Shown in pieces: positions 37,101-49,100 of a stretch of 64,000 bases of DNA; the first letter of the stretch is position 1, and each line of letters begins with the position of its first letter. The DNA comes from an uncultured virus (IMG/VR IMGVR_UViG_3300037847_003885). Taxonomy: Duplodnaviria; Heunggongvirae; Uroviricota; Caudoviricetes. Made by a program: the position numbers and the translations under genes. The stretch covers positions 1 to 64,000 of the IMG/VR virus record IMGVR_UViG_3300037847_003885; one strand, written 5' to 3'. Below the pieces are notes generated by a model, which was not told where the DNA came from, searched no databases, and saw only the letters and a program-made list of their open reading frames with translations.

Positions 37101-40100
37101 TCGGTCCTAATCGTGGTGATTCTATAGTTACTGCACTCGGATTTAACCCGTTTAGTTTATCAAAGTCCTCATCAAATATTTGCCCTGCACCATTATGATT
37201 TCTATTTGAAGGTCTCATCATACCTCCACTACCTAATGTTTCATGTTGATAGGCTTGTATACTATCAAAGCCCGACCTAACTAGTATGTTACCCGGTATA
37301 GTATTAGGGTCGGGTAATTGAATTTCTAAGTTAGGCTCTACACCAACATACTTTTCTTCATTAGATTCTACAGCCGGTGCTAAACCTTCCGATGCTCTAT
37401 CCGATACTTTTCTAAATCCTCTAATTATAGTTCCAAACGGTGAACCACCCTCTATAGTATGTACTTGTCCTGTATCATCTTCTACTGAAATAGATTGGAA
37501 TTGTATTTCTTCATTTGGTATAATTAAAGCGTTTTTAATTTCACTTGGGAATTTAGTTGCAAGTTGCGGATGCATTAATTCTTGTGCTTGAATAATTGGG
37601 AACATAGAACTGTTTGTAGTTTCAAAAGTAAATCTGTTATTACCAAATATTTTCTCTCCCATAGTAAGTGGTGCGTTATTTTTAACACGAGTGATAAATG
37701 GTACTGCACCTAGACCTTTAGCATTCAAACTTGGTAAACTTAAGTTACCACCATCCATACGCTTCCATACTATATTTTCAATTGTAAAATTTCTTGATAC
37801 AGATTTTCTACCTACATTAAATGCGTTTGTGTTACTAATATGTGCATTATCATGTATAGTTCCGTAGTCTGCTTGTAATTCTGTTCGGTCTACCATTTGA
37901 CCAAATGGAGTATTTAACTCACTTTGAAAGCCTTGTCTATTAAGATAAAGACTAGAATTGTTTAATAATTTAGTAGCCGGACTTATTCTTGAATCAGTAG
38001 ATATATCACCTGTTGGGTGTAGACACGGTGTAGCATTAGATATATCATCTTCCCCAAATGCGATTAATCTAGCAGTTACAGTAGTAGGAGAAGAAAGAGA
38101 AGTCGGAGTTGTGCTGATTACAAAAGTAGTACTGTTAGTAATAGATACTATTTGTGTATTTATTGGTAAATTAGCATGTGACAAATACATACCTACAGCA
38201 AGACCTTTAGTATCCGAAGTTGTAACATCCGAACTACTAGGGGTTAATGTAACGCTCAAGTCTATCGCTTCTGTTTTAGAAAGTAACGGGAATGATTCAT
38301 GTACGCCCAATGCGGGTATATCGTCTGTAGGTATTTGTAAATTGGGTGTAATTAGTGCTTCTACTTTAGGACCGGCTGTAGCGGGTGCTATGAAACGATT
38401 ACTACCGTGGAATCTTTCATCCCATCGTGTTGTACCTGCGAATGTGATAGCAGTACTTGCATCAATACCCGGTGCGGTTTTAGCGGCTACTACATTTAAC
38501 CAATCTCCTAGACCTCTTATGCCATCTCTATCATACTTTGCCACTAAAGGTAATTCACTCTCATGGCTTACTACCAAGAATGCTCGACCATATACACCAA
38601 GTTGTGCATTTTGGTCACCTTCATCACTCAACACCGACTTGAAATGAGGACTACCAACAGTGTTAGTGAATGTGTAATTACTATAGTATGAATTATTGAA
38701 TGCTAAAGTAGGAGTAAACATATTGCTTACTGTATACGGGTTACCCATACCACCGGTAAGATAGTTACTTCTTCCGTTAATAATTGGACTCGCATCGGGG
38801 CTATTTTGAATTCCTTGTGATGGTATTACACCAAACAATCCCATACAAGAATTAGATGAACCGTATGGTGAGAAACCTAATTTTTCATACCAAGCACCTA
38901 AACCTGCGGCGTAGAGTTTATTTCCTCCACCATCCGTTTCTACCTTTAATGAATTAAGGTAAGAGTATCTTTCTCCCGCCCAACCTACTGCACCCACAGG
39001 TCTTGTTCTGTCTATTGCATCTACAAGACCGCTAAAGTGTACCTGTGTCATGTGGTCACGAGTTGGCTCATTTTCGTTGTTAAAACGATGTACACCGGCT
39101 TTACTCCACACAAATACTTTTGTTGGTTGCGGGAAAATTACAGTTGTTGCTTCACCCCTTTCTATTACACTAACAGATGTACCGGGTGAAGGGAAAGATA
39201 ATTGTGTAGGAGTTTCACATTTATCGTAAAATGTATAACCATCTTCAAATAGTGGTAAGCCACTAATTCTATTTGGTGCTAACCAAAATACTACTTTATA
39301 ATCGTTATTAGATATGTTTACTATTTCTCTAGTATGATATGGTGCAAACATGGGTATATCAGTAGTACCATCGAAAAACTTTTCTCTTCCACCTTTATCA
39401 GTTCTTATCCAACCACTCATAGGTATTTGTTCTAATGCAGTTTGTGATTGACTAAAACCTCTTGCTACTACATACATAAAACTGTTATTCGGGAAGGTAT
39501 GCGTACCATCACCAAAATATTCACCACTAGAATTAGGTAATGTATACCCACCATTGATATTATAAGATTCAAATTCTAATTCAACCCAACCGTATCTATC
39601 TTGACGATTAGCATTACCCATAGATGGCATAAATGTACCACCAAGAGCCTTTAATGCGCCTTTACCGGGGTTTTCATTAATTGCTTGGCCGATGATAGTC
39701 GCTAACTCTTCACCGTTTTGACAGCGTGTTGCATCTACAATTATTATGTCACTTTCCGTTTCCACTGTACTACCATCTACTAGATTGTATCCCGAAGCCA
39801 CACCACCTCTTCGCCCTGTACCATCGCTAACTAATCTCGATGATACTCTAAACGCAGTTGGGTGTGTGGGTGTCCAATTAAATTTAGGTGTAAAAGCACC
39901 CGATGTATGGTTTTTAAAATTCACCGCAACTTGGTTATCTAACCAATGACCTCCGGGGTGATAACCACCATCCATGTGCCATGTCATATCAGCAGACATA
40001 GCGATACCATAGTGCGCCATGGCACAATGTTTGTATGGGTGGGCTTTCCGATAGTCGGCAGAATTATTAGCATCTACTTTACCCGATACAGGATGGATAA

Positions 40101-43100
40101 AATGTTCCCCGTAATGGTAACCGTGGGAAGGTCTTTGTTTTAATTTACCGATATTAGGTATTCCCTCCGGTGGTGACCAATTAAGTGCTTGACCTCTAGG
40201 TACAGCGAAATGATATTTATGTCTATCAACTTGATATGTTGATGTAGGGGGTGCGAACTTAAGAGCATCATTAATTAGTTCATTGGGTAGATTCATTCCA
40301 TAAGGTACTTTACTCCAAGAATTACCTACTGTAACTACAGTACCGGGATGTGGCTCTATAGTGTTAGTAGGATAGGTAGCACTTGACGGTCTTATATCAT
40401 GAGTACTTTCCGAAAACGGTATTGCTTGACCCGGACCATAAATGTGATACGATGTTTTATTTTTGACATTTACATTTCTGTGAGTATATTCTGTTGTTTG
40501 AGTATCCTTAGCGTCAATATAATCATCATATCTCGCTGTTGGATGTGCAAATTGTAATACTAATGGTGTAGGTTTTTGTTTAATAACACCTGCCGAATAT
40601 TTACTTTGAAGCCAATTAGGACTATCATTACCGCTAAGATGACCTGCAAAAATATCCGGGCTTAAGATGTTGTCTTTATTAAAGACAGGTGGAGTATATG
40701 AACCTCTATTTTGATTTACTAATGCCGCACCGGGGAAGAAAGCAAATAAAGCGTTACAGTCTATTGTAGCAAACGATGTGCTTATCTCATTTGCATTTTG
40801 TATACCTGCTGTACCGGTAGGACCATTAGAATACGGATGAGTATAAAATGATGAATAGTCGTTTTGTGTACCATCATTAATGTCCATAGTTACACCGGTA
40901 AAACCACCACCGAAGTAAAGTGGTACACTATGGTCTACACTGTCTTTAGCACCTCTAAAGTAGACTATAGGTTCGGAGTCTACGCTACCATAAAATCTTC
41001 TACCATTAATTTGATACTGATTAGATTTTACAAATATAACATTAGTATCTACAAATACCGGATTTGCAAATTTATTAACAAATGCTGTATTACCTTGTAG
41101 AGCCTGTAATTCATTACCATCATTTCTAAGTCTTGCATTCATTTGACTACCAATAAAAAATACTCCTGTTTCCCCTTTAGGTGCTATACGAGTAAAATCT
41201 GTATTAGTATCTATTGAAGTAGGAACTAATGTTCCGTGTAAATTTTGATTATAACTAAATGTACATAATCCTTCTAAATCTTCATTTAAAACCGCAGTAA
41301 CTTTTAGTACACAAGGTCTTAAGAAATCTTCTTCTCTCGATTTTAAAGTAATATAATCAGTAGTAATAGTTCCTGTCGTACTTGCACCTGTTCCTCGATT
41401 GGAAACACTAATAGCGGTTATCGTACCACCTAAAGTAGTATTAGTTGCTTTGGCTTGGAAACCACTAATATTACTTACTTGTAACACTGTAAAATTATGA
41501 GGTGTACCGGATGCAGGAGTAACAGATAAAGTATCTCCAACAGTATAACCCTCTCCTGTATCAATAATACAAAGTTCAAAGAATTGATTGTTAGTACCAT
41601 TACTCAAACCTAAAAATGTCGAGCCACCACTTGTAGTAACCGGTCTACCCGAACCATCTACATAAGGAAAACGAAGTTTAAGCCCATGTCCTGTACCACC
41701 TGTCGCTTCGTATATAGTTCCGGCAACAAAACCTGTTCCGAATGCTGTAGTTTGAAGTCTTTTAGCCCCACCTATACCACGAGATTGTAAATTTATATCC
41801 CTTGGATATTTATTACCACCGAATACCACTGAAACTGTTGATACAGATGTTTTACATTTAACATCACTAATGACACCTACACTTACCTCATTTACACATG
41901 GAAGTATGTGGTCACCGGGATTTCTAGTATAAGAAATTCCCTTCAAATTATTACTCCAATTAGATATATCAATTGGGTTGTTAGTTGAATCTACTAAGAT
42001 TGGAGTTGGGGTATTTGCGTGGAAACCTCGACCCTTTGATACAATTTGTAATACAGTTTTTGGAATGTAACCACAAGATAAAAATTTATTATTCCCTATG
42101 TCTATATCACTTAATGGTTTATTAGTACCTGTAGATGCTGTAATGGTTGTAGGTGATAATGTGGTATAAAGTCCATATTCTTGATGAGCCGCTTCTATCC
42201 CTCTATCCTTATCTAAAACACATTCAAACATAGTTGAGGGAGGGATTAATTTTTCATTAGTAACATCAAACGCTCTTATTCTAATAGCATCAGCACTAAC
42301 ACCCCAATCACCTAAAGTACGACCATCAGCCGCAAGCAAATGTCTACAATCAAAAGATATACCTTCTTCTGTAGTTACATTAGTTGCGTTAATTGCCGCT
42401 TCTGTAGCCGCCGCTAGTACCTCATCAGTAAGTAGCGTAGTCCAATTCATACGGGATGATATAGCAAGGTAAGCCCAACTACCACTACTCGATGGATGAG
42501 AAACTGATGTACCAATTGATGTAATTCCTGTAGGGGTAGTAGTACCTACTTCTCCACCGGCATTTGTGACTTGATGATTGACTGTCATGTTAGAGCCTTT
42601 AACTCCATAGAATATATGAGTTGAAGAACTGCTTGTGCCAACACCTAATTGTGTTCTTGAAGTGTATGAAAGAGTATGACCTAAGAATCCTGCACCTAAT
42701 GTAGTATTGATGTGTGTATCATTTAATTGTATAACACCGTTAGTTTTTGGGAATCCCAAGTAACCTAATATGTCATCTACATTTTGCAATTCACTAGCAC
42801 TATTTGGATTGTAGATACTACCAACATAAAATTTAACTGTTAAAGTTTTATTAGTGCTTTCCCATTTAACAGAAGCATTGATTACTGAATCGGGAGAATA
42901 AACACCGTTAAACCTGTTACCATTATACGATTTAACAGTAGTGATACCCGAATTAGATAACTGACCTGTTACATCACCCAAACCTGTAATATTATTTTTA
43001 ATGGTAAATCCACCTTCGGAAATATCTTTATGATTAATAAAAATACCAACTTCTTCACTAAGTGTATTAGGAACAAATGTATTGTCATTAAAAAATTCCT

Positions 43101-46100
43101 CTCCTAACTGTTTGTAGACATATCTAACACCGTATGATTTACCCCTGTGGTCGGTTAATCTAAACCCGTATAACTGACCCTCACCTAAAGATGAATTATA
43201 TTGGGATACATTGGTATATTGAAGATATGCTGATGAACCACCTAGTACATTACCTACACCAAATTCACCATCTGTCGGTGCAAAACCCGGAATACCACTT
43301 GCTACTAAACCACCAAAGTTTATCCTTCCAATCGCTCTTGTACCTACTCTTAATCCTTCTACTATACTAGATGTTTGACTTTGCCCTTCAAAAGATTCTG
43401 TAAATACAGTATTAGAATAAGAACCGCTACCTATTATTCCGTCTACATCATCATTGTTATTACTAATATCACCAAATCTATTATCTTGTTTTACTAATTC
43501 TCTTAACGATGTTATAGGTGCAAAAGGTCTACCGTCTTTATTTAGTGGCATAGGTGCAGGATGCATATTTTCACCCATCAGTTCATCTTGCTGACACCAA
43601 AAGTTTCGGAAGCGGCCACCGTGACCAATCAAAAATTTAGGTTGATATGGTGATTGACCTTTACTATTATCTAACCAAACACAGAAATTACGACCACTAG
43701 CACCCGGAACAGTAGAATGTATCACAATAGTATACCCAATTACACCATTATTATCTTCTACGATTCTACCTAAGTGCGCTCTCAAGTAACCCATGTGACT
43801 ACCTCTATCTTGGGAAGTCATAGCGTGTTCTACTGACCAAAACGGCGCAGGGTCGTGAGTAGAACCGGTAGCGGCAAAATCAGCATTTACATGTGCGCTT
43901 GCCGGGTCTTTGTTAGGATTTAATACATCTTCTCTTACACCTATACGAGTTAAATCCATTCTTTCACTTTCACCGGGGTAGTTACTAGATGGTCGTCTAG
44001 CATGTGTTCTACCATTTTTAGCCGCACCTTGATTTATCATACGGACTATTTCTCTTGCCGCCGCTTCTATATCTGTACCGCCTACTTTTACACCTACTTC
44101 ACCAAAGTCAATAGTTTGACGACGAATATAATCCATTTGTGTCCATTGTGGTAAATGTTGCAATCTGCTTTCTTCATGATTAACTAAATTTAAATTTTCA
44201 TTACGAATACCCTTCAAACACAAAAAGGCTGAAATCACTCTTGTTCCATCGGGAGTATCAAAAAATGTACTGTTATCTTCAAATGTACTACCGCTTTGGT
44301 CTAACCTATGTTGTTTTAGTGTTCTTACAATTGGAGAAATATTTTTATCTCCTAAAGTTATTCTTAATTCGTTGTGTTTTTTACTAGCATAAAATGATGA
44401 TTGAGTAGCGGGTTCAGTACGAGGTAAACTACTAGCAGAAGGATGATATGTACTACTGCCATGATAACCATTTGAATGTACAAAATGTCCATGCCCTTTA
44501 CCCATAAACTGTAAATTTGTTAAAGTGTTTATACTACTTATTGGAGAAGCAAGAGTGGCTGAATCTATTTCATCTAACGGATTTTCTAATGAAAAAATAT
44601 TTTCACCATTATAATACATATTAGGAACATTGTGTGCGTAAGCACTTTCAATAAATTTAGATTGTTGAGTGCTTCTTAGATATTTATTTTCCGATGGGAA
44701 GCCATTTGCTACATCTAATTGAGTTGTAAGATAGTGAGGCGCACCGCCATTCCATTTTACTAATACTTCATCTAAAGAATAGTAACCTGTTTCAGTAACT
44801 AAATTTCTTGTGTGACCAATAACAGGAACAGATGGACTTGTTTGTACTTGCATGTGTATGTCATGGAATGAAATGAATTCTCTATCATGTGCTACATCAT
44901 AAAGTAAAACACGAGCATGACTATCGGATGACAGGTAAGGGTCAATATATGCTACCGTAGGTGCTTGAGAAGCCGATAATCCCATCGCTTCATAATTTAA
45001 CTCAATTGTCTTGTTTACATGTTGTACAAAATTAATTGCAGTTTCTAAACATGTATCACCAATTAAGAAGTTTTCAAGAGGAATAGAATCACGAGGGCGA
45101 TTTGCTAGTTGCCCTTGACCACCATTAAATGCTTTGTAGACTTGTCCTTCATTAAATACTCCACGACTTTTACAAAATAAACCTTCTACAGCATGAGCAT
45201 TATTCATGGTCATATTCATCCAAACAGTATCACCATTTCTTAGTCCACCTGCGGCGTAAGGATTACACCAAGTTCTGTTTAGTATTGCATCGGCATCATT
45301 AGCAATAACACTATTGATACCTATTCTTAAAATATCATTATTATTAATAGCACTTACATTGTTTGTTGTTAGTTTTATTAAACAATCACTACCCGAAGTT
45401 ACATCTCTATAATGTTCCGAATGGACATATTTTACTACTCCTACATAAGCAATAGCACCACTAGTACCATCTTCCCTGTAAATCATATCACCGGGTCTTA
45501 TATTCACACCGAAACTATTTGCCGCCGGATTACGATAAGGACCATTATCAAAGGCTATTTCATCAGTGCTACCTGCTGTATAAGTACTAGCAAATTCATA
45601 CACTTCATCATCCACAACAGGGCGAAAAGTACTGACTGTTAATTCTTGAATGGTTGTTTGAGCAAAACTCGATAAAGCCAAATGACTTCTGCCTATTTTT
45701 TCTAATCTAAACTCTATGTCTTTTAGACTTGGAACTGTGACACCTGTGCCAAAATGAACTAATACTGTATTATTAGTTGTGCTACTAAAAGAATATTGAT
45801 TGTTAAATTGAGTTCCTAAATATAACACTTCTATCGGAGTTGTTGTAAGTATTTTACCTACAACTAATAAATCACCTATTCCTATATCGGGATTACCACT
45901 AATATCTAAAGTATAATTAGTATCTATAAAAGAATCTACATTATCTAATTCTAAAGCATATACTTGACTAGATACTTGTTTTGCTTGTATAATTGTAGCA
46001 GATGCTCTTTTAGTTTTTGTACGAGGTGCGTGTGGATTAGAAAGTGGACCGGCTTTGAACTCTACCGCACTTACATATTGGCGTAGTCCATAGTCAAGAT

Positions 46101-49100
46101 TACCACCTTGAGTTTGCATATTTGCATTATCATGATAAAATATAGAGCGACCTTCATAATCCGAAGTTGGTGTATTAACATCCGAATTAATAGATTGTAA
46201 AGCAGATAAACTTCTACCTGTAGTAAGGGTACATCCGGTAGTTAGTTTGTTTACAAAGTCATCGCTAGAAAATCCATGATAACCACCATCACCAATAGTT
46301 ATAGGTGCATCACGAATTTTTATGAAATCGCTTCCTATAGCACTAATATAAGCCCAAGAGCCATCTTCAAGAAATACCTTGCTTTCTATGTTAATACTTT
46401 TAAAATTATTAAAATTACCCGATACAGGGGTAGGGAATATGTTTACATTATCTACATGTAACTGTAAGAAATCACCGTCTTTTACTATTTTAGTAATGAA
46501 TGTTTTAGTTGGTGAATTTTTGTTATCATAAGCAGAAACCACCTCTCTATCATTAGGAGGTAAATCATCTACTCTTCTACCTACAGGTGATGGATTCCAT
46601 GTATGAGCAGTATATGTAGCATCCAAATGTAATTTCATACTGTTATCCGGGCCGGGGAATATACCGTCATTTTTTTGACTAAAGAACTGTTGAGGGAATA
46701 TAGGTATTTCTACCATCGCACGAGTACTTGCGTATTGAGTACCCAACTGATAATCATGAGTTACATCATCTATTGCTTGGAACAATCTATCATTTATTGT
46801 GCTTCCATCTTCACACATATTTTCAAGATTAAAATTATCATCATTAAATAAAATTTCATTGATGCTGTATGTATCTTTAACTGCATTATTAATTAGTCCT
46901 ACACCTATACACCATTCGTTGAATGTTGAAAAGACTTCATCACCTGCTGAAAGATATTTTCTTTGTGCAATAGCATCAGTATCATCAAATACAAAACCTG
47001 CACCTACTTTACTTGCGTATTCAGCACTACCCCCACTTTGTAAAAATATTCTACCTTTTTTCGGGAATGCGTATGTACCCCAAGATTGTATATCCTCGGA
47101 TTTATTATTAAGAGGTTGAACCGATATTGTTTTAGCGGCATCTAATGTACAAACTGATATTGCCTGTACCGCACAATTTCTTCTTGTAGAACCGGGCAAA
47201 CGCATTAATGGGCTAGGGTCGTATGTTGGTTTAGTGTTAATAGCACCTTGACCCGGACCGCCGAGTGTCACAGATACTACGGGTGCATCTACATCCACTT
47301 CCTTTACTACATGAGAATCCGGTGAGCCACTACCTGTAAAAGTAACATTTTCGTTTATGGCTTCTTCTGCTACACCACTAGCAGTAATTTGAGTTATAAC
47401 ACTATTATCTTGATTAGAGTCTATTTGTTTAACTGACCTTATTCTAGTTCTACTCATTAAGTAAAACAAAGAAATTATGTTTGCTGTTTCGCCTTTATCT
47501 ACACCATCACGCAGTTTTGCTAACTGATTTGTTCTACTCTTATTTGACGGTTGGATATAAATACGAGCAGATGTATGTGCATCACCAATATATTCATTAT
47601 CAATAATATCAAACATTTCAAATATAGGACTACCTTGATGTATTCCTCCTACATCAAATACTCCTGTAGATGAATTTACTTTTTCAGCCTTTTTCTTAAA
47701 CTGATTATTACCTAAATCTTCTAACTTGTTTACTTTGTCTACACTCATAGGTTCTATACACAATTTATGATAAACAGATTGATGTGTGCTTTTATTATGT
47801 GAACTAGCGATTACTTGTGGAGTAGTAGCAGGTTGAGCATTAATATCACTTGGTGGTGTATATCCTACTGAATTATCTGCTTTTCTAGGAGTAGTAGCAT
47901 AACTAATCTCAAAATCATATTCTGCACCACCGGCATTGTCTCCGATTAAACTATTAGTTTTTTCAAAGTATTCGGTTTGATTTGCAACAGAACTTTCTAA
48001 ATCAATATACCCACCCGCAGAAAATATAGTACTATCTTTATTAGCGTCTGCTAAGTCTGCTTTTATGACATCTAATACTGTAGTAGTACCGGTCAATACA
48101 GTGCTACCTTTTGGGATAGTTTTCTCAACCATTAACATAGGTGTTGGTGACGCTGATGCGGCTTGCATTGAATCTCCTAACAAGTCTAAAGCGTTGTAAT
48201 GTATTTCTACATAAGGTGCTAAGTTATGAGTAGTGCGTAATGTAGGCACATGTAACAATGCAATTCTACTTTCACTTTCGGGGCGAATGTGGTAATCTCT
48301 TTCATCAGTAGTTAAAGTGTCTCTTGTGTAATTTTCGGGTATTGGTCCTTTTAGCATAAACGGTTTGTGGTCACTTACATCTATTGCTATAATTTCTTCT
48401 TTCGATGCAGGAAGTCCGTTTGTAACTACAAGTGATGCTTTTGCGCTATTTACTACATTAGTTATAGGTGCTTGAGAATTTTCACTATAAAAATCTGCTA
48501 ATTCGTTTGGATTAAATAAACGATGTACACCTTTTGCAGTATTTGAAAAATCCATTTGAACAATATCTGCTGAACCTGTAATTACTTGGTCTATTTGTAA
48601 TGATGTGGGTCTAGGGTATCTTCGCATATATTCATGACCTTTGATGTGTGAAAACTTATGTCTACCACTGTGACCAATTTGATAATTAACATCTAAAGTA
48701 CTAGGCCATGTAACTGCAAATGGGTTACTAGGATGGGATGTAGTTGTTGCCATTTGAGATGAATATACTATACCGTGTTGTTCGTTAGCAGTTTCATCTA
48801 ATACCATTTGACCTGTTTTATCTATGATTTGAGTGTTAAAATGAGGCGGTTGGTAAGGTTTACCGGTAACCAAATCAATAACTAAGTCAGCAGGGATAAT
48901 TACAAAGTAGTTATCTACATTAGCAGTTCTTGAATGTAAAATACCTCTTGAGCCACTTGAAGCAATATTGAAATCAATGTGTATACTGTTTACTGTAATG
49001 ACTCCACTAGACCCATTAATGCTTAAAATACGCAATCTTTCCGGTGGGCTTTGGTTAGGTTTCTGTGTATTTCTATTGATAGCACCGGGGTTGATAATTA